Source: Gammaproteobacteria bacterium (GTDB lineage Bacteria; Pseudomonadota; Gammaproteobacteria; SG8-11). From it: DNA of 64,000 bases. Positions 1 to 10,574 of this stretch are shown here, piece after piece (position 1 is the stretch's first letter; the number at the start of each line of letters is the position of its first letter). The stretch spans positions 8,500 through 72,499 of the forward strand of contig JANLTU010000245.1 in assembly GCA_031363085.1 (NCBI GenBank), in the 5' to 3' direction. The translations under genes and the position numbers were made by a program. Below the pieces are notes generated by a model. The model saw nothing but the letters and a program-made list of their open reading frames with translations, made no database searches and was not told the DNA's origin.

Positions 1-5
1 ATGCA

Positions 6-995
6 TCACGTGCTCGCCAGTTCGATGGCCTGTTGCAGTGCGGCGGCGAGGCTACCTACATCCGCACCGCCACGCGCGGCCAACTGTAATGCAGTGCCGT
101 GATCCACCGAGGTGCGAATAATAGGTAAGCCCAAGGTGATGTTCACCGCGCTACCGAAGCCGATATATTTCAACACCGGCAAACCCTGGTCGTGGTACAT
201 CGCCAGCACTGCGTCGGCATGGGTGAGGTTCTTTAGTGTGAACAAGGTATCGGCGGCTAATGGCCCGGTCAAATTCATGCCTGCGCTGCGCAATTTATCA
301 AGCACCGGCACGATGATATCGAGCTCTTCGCGGCCCAGATGTCCGCCTTCGCCGGCATGCGGATTCAACCCGCACACCAGAATGCGCGGCTGTGCGATGC
401 GAAACTTCTGCACCAGATCCGCATGCAGCACGCGCAGCACGCGCTCAAGCAAGGGGGCGTTGAGCGCCTTGCTCACTTCGCTGAGCGGTAAATGCGTGGT
501 GGCCAACGCAACGCGTAAGCCCGACGCTGCCAACATCATTACCACCTGTGACGCCTGCGTGAGTTCGGCAAGAAATTCGGTGTGGCCGGTGAAGGCAATA
601 CCCGCGTCGTTGATAACCCCTTTGTGCACCGGACCGGTGACCAGCGCTGCGAATTCGCCGTTGCGGCAGCCGGCGACGGCGCGCCGCAGGGTGTCGAGCA
701 CATAGCGGGCGTTGGCGGCATTCAATTGCCCTGGCTCACATTGCGCGGCGAGCGGAATCGAAATCACGTTTAACACACCGGGGTAGTGCGCCTCGGGCGG
801 TGCATAGGGATCGAACAACAACGTCTGCAACGGCAGGCCAAGCACCTGCGCGCGCGCTTCCAGCAAGTCACGATCCGCGATCACCACCAGCTCGCACGCA
901 TGCGCGCGCTGCGCCAGTTGTATGCACAAGTCCGGGCCGATACCGGCAGGTTCACCGGGCGTGATGACAATACGATGATAATCTATCGGAATCAT
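6..995 (-). CDS. pdxA: 4-hydroxythreonine-4-phosphate dehydrogenase
   Basis: N-terminal [27 protein letters not shown] and RTSVDHGTA motifs; lies downstream of surA as expected. Confidence 0.97.
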   Translation of the reverse strand: MIPIDYHRIVITPGEPAGIGPDLCIQLAQRAHACELVVIADRDLLEARAQVLGLPLQTLLFDPYAPPEAHYPGVLNVISIPLAAQCEPGQLNAANARYVLDTLRRAVAGCRNGEFAALVTGPVHKGVINDAGIAFTGHTEFLAELTQASQVVMMLAASGLRVALATTHLPLSEVSKALNAPLLERVLRVLHADLVQKFRIAQPRILVCGLNPHAGEGGHLGREELDIIVPVLDKLRSAGMNLTGPLAADTLFTLKNLTHADAVLAMYHDQGLPVLKYIGFGSAVNITLGLPIIRTSVDHGTALQLAARGGADVGSLAAALQQAIELAST

Positions 996-1013
996 GATAG
1001 CGCTTAGCTCACG

Positions 1014-1637
1014 TTAAACGCTGAACCAAGATTTCAGCGCATCTTTCAGCTTGACGAATGCGCGGTCGGAGCAGCGCTGGAGACCGACCTTCTCGCCCAG
1101 ATCGGAATACAACGACGACGACCGCTGCTTGCGGACAAAGCGTATCGCTGCTTCAAGCGCCTCTTTCGGCGCCTGAGGCTTGAGTTCATTCACTACCCAA
1201 TGCCCGTTGTCGATTAGCCAGTTTTTCAAGGCGGGGGTTTTGTCCGCCCATCCAAGCACGGCATCCACATGTGGAGAATCACTCCATACCCAATTCTCCA
1301 GCTCGGGTGCGATCACGATGGCGGCACAACTCGTCCATCCCGATTGGGCGAGCTGGGACTCGATGCCGGACTCCAGCTCCTCCGGGGTAAGCGACTCCTG
1401 CCCACAGCCAGCGTGGTCGAACAGTATCAATGCATGCGCATGGCTTTCGACGAACGGCCGCAAAAAGTCACAACCGCGCTTCAGGCAGCCAGGGTCTCTT
1501 TCCGGGTGGACATACAGGTCGAACGAAAGCTCGCGCATCGCCAACGCATCGCGTCTGGTCAGAATTCCACGCACCGCGAACTCCATATTTTTGTCGGCGA
1601 CAAGGATTACCAAATCCTTGGCGTGCGGTGCATTCAT
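1014..1637 (-). CDS. Putative TOPRIM-like partner of the ABC ATPase (MAD4-like defence protein)
   Basis: Start reset to MNAPHAKDLVILVADKNME (ATG 1637 overlaps the ATPase stop as ATGA); motifs HPERDPG, FDHAGCG, PELENWVW; MAD4 likeness is from recall, not from a search. Confidence 0.65.
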   Translation of the reverse strand: MNAPHAKDLVILVADKNMEFAVRGILTRRDALAMRELSFDLYVHPERDPGCLKRGCDFLRPFVESHAHALILFDHAGCGQESLTPEELESGIESQLAQSGWTSCAAIVIAPELENWVWSDSPHVDAVLGWADKTPALKNWLIDNGHWVVNELKPQAPKEALEAAIRFVRKQRSSSLYSDLGEKVGLQRCSDRAFVKLKDALKSWFSV

Positions 1638-2893
1638 CCCAGCACTCCCGCCGCGAACAGGGTGCCCAAATTGGTTTCGCCCTTCCATCCGATCAAAGCG
1701 GGATGATTGCTGCCTAGAACGATATCCGTCGCGCCATCGGCGGTCTTCGCAAAGCACAATACTTTATCCGCTTCGACCATGCTCAGGATCACGGGTGAAT
1801 GTGTCGCGACCAGGATTTGTGCGCCGTATACCGAGGATAGCGATTGGAACACGGTCTCCACCGCACGCGGGTGAATGCCGTTCTCAGGCTCTTCGATCAG
1901 GTACACACCCGAAAAATCCGGCAGGTACGCAGGCAATGTCAGTGCCAACAGCCGCAGAGTTCCGTCCGAGACCATCCACGAGGGCACATCCAAGCCACTT
2001 TGATAGTCGATGACGAGATAGCGATGGCGATCATCAGGACGTTCGACGGTGCGGATGTTTTTGATGTCCGGGAGCGCGGTACGTAGATGTCGAATCCAGT
2101 TAGCGAAATTGTCTGGGGAACTAGCCTTTAAGCTCTCAATCACCCACGGCAAATTGGAACCGTCCGGTTTGAATCCGCGCACCTGCCCGGGCGGACTGGC
2201 GCGTCGGATCAGCAAACTGTTGAGCACGAACTGCTGTTCGCCTTCCGTCAGAAGCGCCTTGAGCCATGTGGAAACCGGGAACTTGGATTCATCTGCAGGC
2301 AAATTACCCAACGCTGATTTGCGCGGCCCTAGCCTGAAAGACGGCGACCAACCCTTACCCTGCTGTTGAACTTCGGGGAAGAAATTGTCATTTCCACCTT
2401 GCGCTTTACTAAGCACGGCACGCGTGCCTTTCGCCATCTTGCCGGTCATTACCGTTGTGGGTATCTCAGACGACAACGGGAAGAGATTTCGCTGTGTAAC
2501 AAGTGTTTCCGCACTCGCCGTCTTGAGGAGCACCTTTTCGGCCAGGATCATAATCTCACCGCTGTCCTCGACTTGGCCAATGGCGATTTCGTAGCGAACA
2601 ATGTCAAACTCCTTGGCTGCCAACAATGCCCGTCGCTCTCCAGGAATTCGCGCCTCAATCGCAAGCTCAAAGTCGCTCCCGCTGCGTGACCAAAGCAAGT
2701 CCTGGAAATTCCGGGTACGTTCCTGCACTGCTGCATCCAGACCATCCGACACCAGCTTGCCAAGAAAAGCGATCACATCCAGGAACGTGGTCTTGCCGCT
2801 CGCGTTTGGCCCGACCAACACGTGAAAGTTCGAGAGCGGCTGCCGAATGTAACGCAGGCAGCGAAAGTTCTTCGCCTCGATCAGAGTAATCAT
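1634..2893 (-). CDS. ABC/AAA_21-type ATPase (MAD3-like, OLD/PARIS-style defence ATPase)
   Basis: Walker A GPNASGKT, signature VSDGT, Walker B YLIEEPENGIHP, H-loop ATHSP; no TM segments; GAGG RBS upstream. Confidence 0.85.
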   Translation of the reverse strand: MITLIEAKNFRCLRYIRQPLSNFHVLVGPNASGKTTFLDVIAFLGKLVSDGLDAAVQERTRNFQDLLWSRSGSDFELAIEARIPGERRALLAAKEFDIVRYEIAIGQVEDSGEIMILAEKVLLKTASAETLVTQRNLFPLSSEIPTTVMTGKMAKGTRAVLSKAQGGNDNFFPEVQQQGKGWSPSFRLGPRKSALGNLPADESKFPVSTWLKALLTEGEQQFVLNSLLIRRASPPGQVRGFKPDGSNLPWVIESLKASSPDNFANWIRHLRTALPDIKNIRTVERPDDRHRYLVIDYQSGLDVPSWMVSDGTLRLLALTLPAYLPDFSGVYLIEEPENGIHPRAVETVFQSLSSVYGAQILVATHSPVILSMVEADKVLCFAKTADGATDIVLGSNHPALIGWKGETNLGTLFAAGVLG

Positions 2894-2944
2894 TGAGTCA
2901 ATCCTCGTTTCACATTGCCCCTTCGCAACAAACTGACTGATGTG

Positions 2945-4264
2945 TCACGGCCGCAGTTCCACAAACGCTTCGTCGCGCATCTGGCGCAGCCAAGTTTGGG
3001 TTTCTTCTTCGATTTTGCGTTGGCGGATTTCGTCGCGGGCGCGGGTCTTTTTCAACTCGGCGGTGTTGTCGTAATCGCGCCGCTCCAGTACTTGCACGAT
3101 GTGCCAGCCGAACTGGGTGTGAAAGGGTGCGCTGATCTGCTTGAGCTTTAATTGATCCATGGCTTCTTCGAATGCGGGCACCAAGTCACCGGGGCTGACC
3201 CAGCCGACACTGCCGCCGTTCACTGCGGTGGCGCTGTCTTCAGAATGCGAGCGCGCCATTTCGGCGAAGTCATCGCCGGCGGCAATGCGTTGCTTGAGCT
3301 GCTCCAGCTTGCGCTTTGCATCGTCGCTGGAGACCAGCTCGGTGGTGCGAATCAAAATGTGACGTGCTTGCGTTTGCATCACCAGATGATGTTCGTCACT
3401 CTTGCGCTTATCGACCAGCTTGATGATATGAAAACCGCTCGGACTGCGGATCGGCGCACTAATGAGATCACCGCTCTTCATGGTGGTGACAAGATTGCTG
3501 AACAGCGTCGGCAGTTGTCCGAGCTTGCGCCAACCCAAGTCGCCACCTTGCAAGGCTTGCGCACCGCCCGACACGCTTAGCGCCGTCTGCGCGAAGTCGG
3601 CGCCGGCACGCAAGTCCGCGAGCACGCTGTTGGCTTTCTTTTGCGCTGCATCGACTTGTTCGACGGTTGCGGCGTCCGGCACGACAATTAAAATATGACT
3701 TAAGCGAAATTCATCCGTCACCGCACCTTGTACCGCCTGGGTTTCCAGAAATTCGTCGACTTCCTGATCGGTAACGACGATGCGGTTGGTGACTTGCCGT
3801 TGGCGCAATTGGGCCAGCGTCATCTCGGTGCGGATGTTTTCGCGATAGTCTTCAAAGTTGATGCCGTCGCTGTCGAGCGCATTGCGGAATTCGCTGAGCG
3901 ACAATTTGTTTTGCGTGGCGATGTTTAAAATCGTGCGATTTAAGGCTTCGTCGTCGATCTTGACGTGGTTGACACCCGCCAATTGCAACTGCAAGCGCTT
4001 GAGTACAACCCGGTCCAGCACCTGCGTGCGCAGTGTATCGGCCGCCGGCAACGGTGTGTTCTGCGCGCGCAGTTGTAATTTGATCGCGCCCAGCTCCTTG
4101 TCAAGCTCCGACGCCGTAATTACATCATCGTTGACCACCGCGATGATGCGGTCGATGGATTTGGCCGCTTTGCCAATGTCGGCATGCGCAACGGCGTTCG
4201 CCATACCGAGCGCAGCGCATGCGATGATCAGCAGCAAGAGTGAACTAATAACCCGCGATCCCAT
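2945..4264 (-). CDS. surA: Periplasmic chaperone / PPIase SurA
   Basis: Signal peptide, DRIIAVVNDDVI, two parvulin domains (GGDLGW, GGSVGW..FGWHI); follows lptD. Confidence 0.96.
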   Translation of the reverse strand: MGSRVISSLLLLIIACAALGMANAVAHADIGKAAKSIDRIIAVVNDDVITASELDKELGAIKLQLRAQNTPLPAADTLRTQVLDRVVLKRLQLQLAGVNHVKIDDEALNRTILNIATQNKLSLSEFRNALDSDGINFEDYRENIRTEMTLAQLRQRQVTNRIVVTDQEVDEFLETQAVQGAVTDEFRLSHILIVVPDAATVEQVDAAQKKANSVLADLRAGADFAQTALSVSGGAQALQGGDLGWRKLGQLPTLFSNLVTTMKSGDLISAPIRSPSGFHIIKLVDKRKSDEHHLVMQTQARHILIRTTELVSSDDAKRKLEQLKQRIAAGDDFAEMARSHSEDSATAVNGGSVGWVSPGDLVPAFEEAMDQLKLKQISAPFHTQFGWHIVQVLERRDYDNTAELKKTRARDEIRQRKIEEETQTWLRQMRDEAFVELRP

Positions 4265-6530
4265 GTTCCGGTTTCTCCAATAACGTTGTGATGTCTTGAC
4301 CGACGCTCGCCAGTCCTTTTAGTTCCAACTGCAGCATGAACGAATTTTGCAGGGTGGGAGTTTGTGTGGTGCTAGGCAGTACATAACCGTGCGAGACCGC
4401 GCGCAGCGCCCAACAACAGCCATCATACTCCAGACCGGCGATCCACTCTTTATCGCGTGAATCGAGCAGCGAGTAATTGCGGCGGGCGATTAAATTCCAG
4501 TTCGGCAATAACGGCCAGACTACCGAAGCATCGAGTTCCTGCTGGGTGAGTTTTCCAGTGGCCGGATCGCGGTTTAAACGCACGCCGAAATTCATGATCC
4601 TGCGCTTGTGCGGTTGGTAGCGCAGCAGCAAGTTCGCTTGGGTATAGGCCGCCAACGCGTTATTCCACTGCGCCGTCGCGCTGATGTCCAGATAATGCAG
4701 CGGATGCGCGCGCAGCTCGCCGACGATGTCGGAACGCGGCGCGGTATCGGCGCGGGCGCCCGGCGCAACACCCGGCATCGTGACTTCGCGATCACGCAGG
4801 TAGTAAATTCGGCCAACACTCGCGCTCAGTCGTTCGACCCCGGCAGGATCCAGCACCCGCGTGGTCAGCGCGAGACTAAACTGGTTGGCGTCACCGAAGC
4901 GGTCGCCACCCGCGAAACGATTTTCGGCGAACAGTTGCGCGTAACTCAGCCCGCTTAAACCGCAATCGAAACACAGCTCGTTACGCACGCTGCCGTCGAC
5001 CAGCAAGCGCTTTTGGTCACGATAGGGCACGTACAAATAATACAAGCGCGACTCCAGGGTCTGCACAAAGCCGCGCGCGTTAACGTCAAGATCGCGCTCA
5101 AAGCTCAAGCCACTGTCGGTACTGAAGACTGCTAACGTGCGCGTGGGATCATCTGCGGTATCGGTTGCCTGTCGCGTCAACGCATATTGGGTGTGGTGTA
5201 TGCCCAGCTTGGGTCGCAGATATCCCGCCACGCCTTCGATGGGGTAACTCACACTCGGATACAGGGTCACGCGCGTACCGGACACCTTGGTCGGGCGATC
5301 AAAACGCACGGCATCGGCGCTGAGCTGCGGACGCAGGCCAAGGTAATCAGCCTGCGGCTGTGTTTGCAGCGTGAGCTGGGGCAGGATTTTGTAAGGCCGC
5401 GCGTTCTCGATAATGCTGTCGTCCAGCGTTTGGAAATCGATCACTGCCGCCTGCGCAGTCAACCGCTCGCCACGATAACTGAGGCGCGCATTCCGTTCCA
5501 GGTGTACGGTCGCTGCGGTACTCAGACGGTCACCAAAATTAGCAAAGTAATCTTTGTCGGATGCGTACCGGTAATTCAATTCGCTGGTCCATGCGGGTGC
5601 CGGCGACGCGTGGTGGGCATACGCGACATAGCTGCGATCTGCGCCCGCGATTTTGTCCTGCGGCAGATATTCGAAGTTGAGCTGTCCTCCGGAACGCGGA
5701 TTGAGATAGCGAAACTCACCCAGCAGTTGCTGTCCACGCGCGGAGAAATTCTGCACGGTGAAAGTCGCATCGCGGTCCGGCGCGATATTCCAATAAAACG
5801 GCTGTGCCACACGGATGCCGGAGCGCCCGGAACGGCCGAAAGTTGGGAACAACAAGCCTGATTTACGCCCCGCCAACGGAAAATTCAGGTACGGAAAATA
5901 CACAAACGGCACGCTCATGAAATCGATCCACACCTGCGTTGCGGTGCCGATGTTGTCGGCGGTATTTAATATCAAGCTCCCGGCATGCAAACGCCAGACA
6001 TCGTTCTGTTGGTCGCAGGTGGTGTACGTCGTGTGTTGCAAGGTGGTTTGGGTTTTGCTGTCGATCACGATGCGCGCAGCGTCGCCGCGCGCATGACCTT
6101 GCTTCAGAAAAAAGCGCGCGCGTTCGATGACGCCGCGCTCGTGCTCCAAGGAAAATTGCGCCCGCTCGCCCGACAACAGCAGATCGTTTTGCCAAATATT
6201 GACATTACCGCTGGCATCAACATCGGTATGCGCATTGCGGTACGCCACATGATCACCCTGCAACCACTGTGCGCCGCGCTGCAAGGTCACACCACCCGTG
6301 AACGAATACGTCTTCTCGACCTCGCCCTCGACCTGGCTGTTATCGGCGATCACGCGGGTGGTTTGGCCGTCATCGCCCGCCGGAATGGCGAACGGCAACT
6401 GCGGCATCACCACGAATTCGGCCGCACACTGACTGAAAGGCGGATCGCTCGGCAAAATTTCAGCATGTGCAGGGAGCACGGTGGCACCCACCATCGCAAC
6501 CAGGAAAAAGCAGCCAGAGCGAGTGCGCAT
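4245..6530 (-). CDS. lptD: LPS-assembly protein LptD
   Basis: YTTC, RKSGLLFP, PFYWNIAPDRDAT, EYDGCCW, QLELKGL motifs; 761 aa with signal peptide. Confidence 0.96.
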   Translation of the reverse strand: MRTRSGCFFLVAMVGATVLPAHAEILPSDPPFSQCAAEFVVMPQLPFAIPAGDDGQTTRVIADNSQVEGEVEKTYSFTGGVTLQRGAQWLQGDHVAYRNAHTDVDASGNVNIWQNDLLLSGERAQFSLEHERGVIERARFFLKQGHARGDAARIVIDSKTQTTLQHTTYTTCDQQNDVWRLHAGSLILNTADNIGTATQVWIDFMSVPFVYFPYLNFPLAGRKSGLLFPTFGRSGRSGIRVAQPFYWNIAPDRDATFTVQNFSARGQQLLGEFRYLNPRSGGQLNFEYLPQDKIAGADRSYVAYAHHASPAPAWTSELNYRYASDKDYFANFGDRLSTAATVHLERNARLSYRGERLTAQAAVIDFQTLDDSIIENARPYKILPQLTLQTQPQADYLGLRPQLSADAVRFDRPTKVSGTRVTLYPSVSYPIEGVAGYLRPKLGIHHTQYALTRQATDTADDPTRTLAVFSTDSGLSFERDLDVNARGFVQTLESRLYYLYVPYRDQKRLLVDGSVRNELCFDCGLSGLSYAQLFAENRFAGGDRFGDANQFSLALTTRVLDPAGVERLSASVGRIYYLRDREVTMPGVAPGARADTAPRSDIVGELRAHPLHYLDISATAQWNNALAAYTQANLLLRYQPHKRRIMNFGVRLNRDPATGKLTQQELDASVVWPLLPNWNLIARRNYSLLDSRDKEWIAGLEYDGCCWALRAVSHGYVLPSTTQTPTLQNSFMLQLELKGLASVGQDITTLLEKPEHGIAGY

Positions 6531-6533
6531 GCG

Positions 6534-7883
6534 TTATTTGCCGATGCAGAACGAGGCGAATATTTCGCCCAATAAATCGTCGGAAGTAAATTCACCGGTG
6601 ATGCTGCCGAGGTGCTGCTGCGCCAGACGTAAATCTTCCGCCAACAATTCACCGGCGTTGCGCTGTTGCAACTGCGCGGCGCCCTTCGACAAAGCATCGA
6701 GCGCGCGTTGTAGCGCATCCACATGACGGCGCCGTGCCATAAAGGCGCCATCGTTACTGCCGTGATAGCCGATGGCCGCTTTGAGATGCTGTCGTAGTGC
6801 GTCCATACCTTGGTTGGTCTTTGCGCTCAATGCGAGGTGTGCCTGATTATTTTCACGCGTCAGCCCCACTGGACGCCCGGTGAGGTCGGCCTTATTAAAT
6901 ACGAAAGTGAGTTGCGCCGCTGCGGGCATGCGGGCAACCAAGGCACGGTCGATATCCGTGTAGCCAACGCGATCATCGAGCAGTAACAAGATGTGGTCGG
7001 CCTGCTCAATTTGCTGCCACGCGCGGCGCATGCCTTCTTGTTCCACCGGATCGACGCTATCGCGCAACCCGGCGGTGTCGATGATGTGCAAGGGCAAGCC
7101 GTCCAGGTTGATTTCGGCGCGTAACACATCGCGCGTGGTGCCCGGTATTGGCGTCACGATGGCGAGGTCGTGACCGGCGAGCGCATTCAAAAGCGTGGAC
7201 TTTCCTGCATTGGGTTGTCCGACAATCACAACCGTCATACCTTCGCGCACCAAGCGACCTTGGCGCGCGCTGTTGAGCGTGGCTTGCAATTGCGCCATGA
7301 CCTTTTGCAAGCGCAGACCAACTTGACCTTCGGATAAAAAATCAATTTCCTCTTCGGGAAAATCGATGGCGCTCTCAACATAGGCGCGCAACTGAATCAA
7401 CTGCTGCAACAGGGCTTGTACGTGTTGCGAAAACTCACCTTGCAACGAACGCACGGCGAGGCGCGCAGCATGCTCAGAACTGCTGTCGATCAGATCGGCA
7501 ATCGCCTCAGCTTCAGCCAAGTCGATCTTGCCGTTGAGAAACGCGCGCTGGGAAAATTCGCCGGGACGCGCCAAGCGAGCACCCAATTCAAGCACACGTT
7601 TGAGTAATTGGTCCATGACCACCGGGCCACCGTGGCCCTGCAATTCGAGCACGTCTTCGCCGGTGAACGAGTGGGGCGCCGGAAAGTAGAGCGCAAGGCC
7701 GACGTCGATAATGTCTTCCTGTGCCGCCCGGAAGGTGGCGAAGTGCGCTCGACGTGCGAGCGGAAGAGAGCCAATTATGCTGCGTGTGATGGCAGCCGCA
7801 CCGGCGCCCGAGATGCGCACGATGCCGATGCCACCACGTCCTGGGGGAGTAGCAACCGCAGCGATGGTGTCGGGATCGATCAC
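6534..7883 (-). CDS. mnmE: tRNA modification GTPase MnmE
   Basis: [37 protein letters not shown]-terminal FCIGK; start reset to GTG 7883. Confidence 0.97.
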   Translation of the reverse strand: MIDPDTIAAVATPPGRGGIGIVRISGAGAAAITRSIIGSLPLARRAHFATFRAAQEDIIDVGLALYFPAPHSFTGEDVLELQGHGGPVVMDQLLKRVLELGARLARPGEFSQRAFLNGKIDLAEAEAIADLIDSSSEHAARLAVRSLQGEFSQHVQALLQQLIQLRAYVESAIDFPEEEIDFLSEGQVGLRLQKVMAQLQATLNSARQGRLVREGMTVVIVGQPNAGKSTLLNALAGHDLAIVTPIPGTTRDVLRAEINLDGLPLHIIDTAGLRDSVDPVEQEGMRRAWQQIEQADHILLLLDDRVGYTDIDRALVARMPAAAQLTFVFNKADLTGRPVGLTRENNQAHLALSAKTNQGMDALRQHLKAAIGYHGSNDGAFMARRRHVDALQRALDALSKGAAQLQQRNAGELLAEDLRLAQQHLGSITGEFTSDDLLGEIFASFCIGK

Positions 7884-7908
7884 AACGCGAGGCGGCGCTG
7901 TAGGGAAC

Positions 7909-9582
7909 TCAGGCCGACGCGGCGCGTTCGATACTGCGGGTGATGTACCACTGTTGGGCAATCGACAACACGTTGTTGACCACCCAATACAGCACCAAGC
8001 CGGAGGGGAAAAACGCGAAGAAAAACAAAAATACGAACGGCAAGGCCATCATGACTTTTTGTTGAATCGGATCAGGCATCTGCGGGTTAAGTTTCTGCTG
8101 GATGAACATCGACGCACCCATCAACGTTGGCAGCACGTAGAAGGGATCTTTACTGGCCAGATCGTGGATCCAAAAAATGAAATCGGCCTGCCGCAGCTCG
8201 ACACTTTCCAACAATACCCAATATAATGCGATGAACACCGGGATTTGCACCGCCATCGGTAAACATCCGCCCAGTGGATTGATTTTCTCTTTTTTGTACA
8301 ACTCCATCAGCCCCTGGCTCATACGCTGCTTGTCATCGGCATAGCGTTCGCGCAAGGCTTGCACCTTGGGTTGCACGCGACGCGTGTGCGCTGTGGACCG
8401 GTAGCTGGCTTGCGACAACTTGTAGAACGCCAGCTTGATCACTATCGTTAAACACACGATGGACCAGCCCCAGTTGCCAAGCATCCGGTAAAAGAAATCC
8501 AATAACCAAAACAGCGGTTGAGCGATGATGGTCAGCACCCCGTAATCGACCACCAATTCGAGATTGGGCGCCACGTCTTTCAAGTGGTGCTGGTCTTTTG
8601 GGCCAGCGTACAAGCGCGCGGTTTGTGTCGTGCCGCCGCTCGTCGGGACGACCAGTTCTTCGGTCATCATGCCGATGATGTATCGGGTTTGATCCAGCAC
8701 ATTGGTATAGTAGTGATTGGCTTGTTCCTGTGGCGGTATCCAAGCGCTGAAAAAATAATGTTGCAGCATTGCTGCCCAACCGCCTTTGTAAAAACTGTCC
8801 TGCGGTTTCCATTCGGCCATGCTTTCGAATTTTATTTTGTCGTATTTATTGCGCTCGGAAGATACCACGCCACCCATGTAGGTGTTGACGAAACTGGATT
8901 GCCCGACTTCGCCGACCTTGGTGCGCTGTAACTGATGATAGACGCGGCCTTTCCATTCTTTGTCGGAATTGTTGGTGATTTCGACTTTCACATCTACTAG
9001 ATAGCTATTGCGACGAAAGGTGTAGGTTTTAACAACCGTAATCCCGTCGGCATGCGTCCAGCGTAGCGGGATGTCGAGCGTGTCGGCGCCGTCAGCAAGT
9101 CGATATTCAGTTTTTTCTGCTGTAAACAGCGCGTCGGCGTCAGGTGCAAGACTACCGCTCCCCACCACGCCAGTTTGGGCAATGAACAAGCTGGGCAGTG
9201 TATCGTTAAATAACTGAAACGGTTCGTTGGGCTTGTCGGTGGCGACCGGATAATGTGTCAAATCAAGGCGTCTTAAATCGCCGCCGGCGGTGTCAATCTC
9301 GGCAACGAACAGATCACTGGTAATGTGAATGCGTTGCGCCGATTTTAAAGTACTGCTCGGTATGGCAGCGGGTTGACTAGCAGCAACACTAGGTGCCGCA
9401 TTCACAGCGACGTTACTTACTGATGGTGTGCTGTCGGCAGGTGCAGGCGTCAGCGTACCACTGGTTGTCGCAGGTGCAGATACTGTTGCTGCCTCTTTAT
9501 GCTTATTGGCTTCCCACGCCTGCCACAAAAACATCAGCACAAGAGAAAGCGCAACAAAGAGAAAAAGTCGCTGGTTGTCCAT
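7909..9582 (-). CDS. yidC: Membrane protein insertase YidC
   Basis: MDNQR N-terminal [29 protein letters not shown]. Confidence 0.97.
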   Translation of the reverse strand: MDNQRLFLFVALSLVLMFLWQAWEANKHKEAATVSAPATTSGTLTPAPADSTPSVSNVAVNAAPSVAASQPAAIPSSTLKSAQRIHITSDLFVAEIDTAGGDLRRLDLTHYPVATDKPNEPFQLFNDTLPSLFIAQTGVVGSGSLAPDADALFTAEKTEYRLADGADTLDIPLRWTHADGITVVKTYTFRRNSYLVDVKVEITNNSDKEWKGRVYHQLQRTKVGEVGQSSFVNTYMGGVVSSERNKYDKIKFESMAEWKPQDSFYKGGWAAMLQHYFFSAWIPPQEQANHYYTNVLDQTRYIIGMMTEELVVPTSGGTTQTARLYAGPKDQHHLKDVAPNLELVVDYGVLTIIAQPLFWLLDFFYRMLGNWGWSIVCLTIVIKLAFYKLSQASYRSTAHTRRVQPKVQALRERYADDKQRMSQGLMELYKKEKINPLGGCLPMAVQIPVFIALYWVLLESVELRQADFIFWIHDLASKDPFYVLPTLMGASMFIQQKLNPQMPDPIQQKVMMALPFVFLFFFAFFPSGLVLYWVVNNVLSIAQQWYITRSIERAASA

Positions 9583-9586
9583 AGTC

Positions 9587-9814
9587 TTATACGTGTTGTG
9601 GTTTTTCTGGAGCGGGGTCGATTCCGCCAGTGTGCCAAGGGTGGCAGCGTGATAAGCGTTTTAACGCAAGCCAACTGCCATGCAGGGCACCATGTGAGTG
9701 AATACATTGCTGAGCGTATTCGGAGCAACTCGGATAGAAACGGCAGTGGTGCCCAAGCAACGGACTGATAGCATAACGGTATACACGTAATATCAAGATG
9801 AGGACGTTTTGCAT
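9587..9814 (-). CDS. yidD: Membrane protein insertion efficiency factor YidD
   Basis: [10 protein letters not shown] and RCHPW..GGIDP motifs; between rnpA and yidC. Confidence 0.95.
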   Translation of the reverse strand: MQNVLILILRVYRYAISPLLGHHCRFYPSCSEYAQQCIHSHGALHGSWLALKRLSRCHPWHTGGIDPAPEKPQHV

Positions 9815-10200
9815 TGTTCGGCTACTGCATTCCAGTGTGCTAGCAAGGCGCTAAATAATTCCGCATTCGTTTTCATACTGGCGCTTGCAGTGTTCAGCAC
9901 CACGACGTCCAGACCTACCAGTTGCTCGTGATGGCTGCGAAACGATTCTCGGATGATGCGTTTAAGCCGGTTACGCGCGGGCGCCGCAGATAGCTTCTTC
10001 TTCGCAATAGCTAAACCAAGTCGCGCATGGTTAAGTCCGTTCGCTGCCGCTAAAACTGTAACGCCACCATTGTTCGCTTTTCCGCATGAGACGCGGAACA
10101 CCTGCTGAAAGTGTTTTGGTGACGTCAGGCGCCAATGCGAAAGAAACCGCTTCTTGGCTGAAGTCAATGTCTGTGCCTTGTGATTCGTGTTGAAAGGCAC
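9793..10200 (-). CDS. rnpA: Ribonuclease P protein component
   Basis: RLGLAIAKK and [14 protein letters not shown] (RNR motif); exact start uncertain. Confidence 0.93.
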   Translation of the reverse strand: MPFNTNHKAQTLTSAKKRFLSHWRLTSPKHFQQVFRVSCGKANNGGVTVLAAANGLNHARLGLAIAKKKLSAAPARNRLKRIIRESFRSHHEQLVGLDVVVLNTASASMKTNAELFSALLAHWNAVAEQCKTSSS

Positions 10201-10236
10201 TTGAGTTTAGCGTTTATTCACTGACACACTGCGAGT

Positions 10237-10371
10237 TTAAACGCTGACGCGGTGACGACCTTTTGCACGTCGTGCATTAATTACCTTGCGACCACTCTTA
10301 GTGCTCATACGCGCCCGAAACCCATGGGTACGTTTACGCTTGATTTGACTAGGCTGATACGTTCTTTTCAT
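10237..10371 (-). CDS. rpmH: 50S ribosomal protein L34
   Basis: Translated by hand (below the ORF track cutoff): [44 protein letters not shown]. Confidence 0.98.
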   Translation of the reverse strand: MKRTYQPSQIKRKRTHGFRARMSTKSGRKVINARRAKGRHRVSV

Positions 10372-10434
10372 GGCGTTACCTAACGAAGAATCTGTGAGAC
10401 ATTGTTATTGATGTCGTATTTTTAGGAGGGGCGC

Positions 10435-10464
10435 ACAGTACCGTAGGCATAGGCCGGCTGTCAA
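10435..10464 (-). promoter_or_regulatory. Sigma70 promoter for the rpmH operon
   Basis: Minus strand TTGACA (10464-10459), 18-bp spacer, TACTGT (10440-10435). Confidence 0.6.
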
Positions 10465-10497
10465 TTAAACATCAGTATTTACGGCAACCGGAAGGGG

Positions 10498-10506
10498 TGT
10501 GGATAA
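10498..10506 (-). promoter_or_regulatory. DnaA box in the dnaA promoter (autoregulation)
   Basis: TGTGGATAA is the reverse complement of the consensus TTATCCACA, about 70 bp upstream of dnaA. Confidence 0.85.
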
Positions 10507-10574
10507 GTTAATTTCAACAGTATAGACTCCGTGTTCTCCCACGCCCCACCGATCCAGATTGCGAGGTTACTGCT

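Noticed and set aside
1-9. Possible rsmA (ksgA) start overlapping the pdxA stop (GTG ATG CAT)
   Set aside because: Synteny fits, but only three codons are inside the window.
1638-1757. N-terminal extension of the MAD4-like ORF
   Set aside because: It overlaps the ATPase 3' end; the ATGA-coupled start at 1637 is more plausible.
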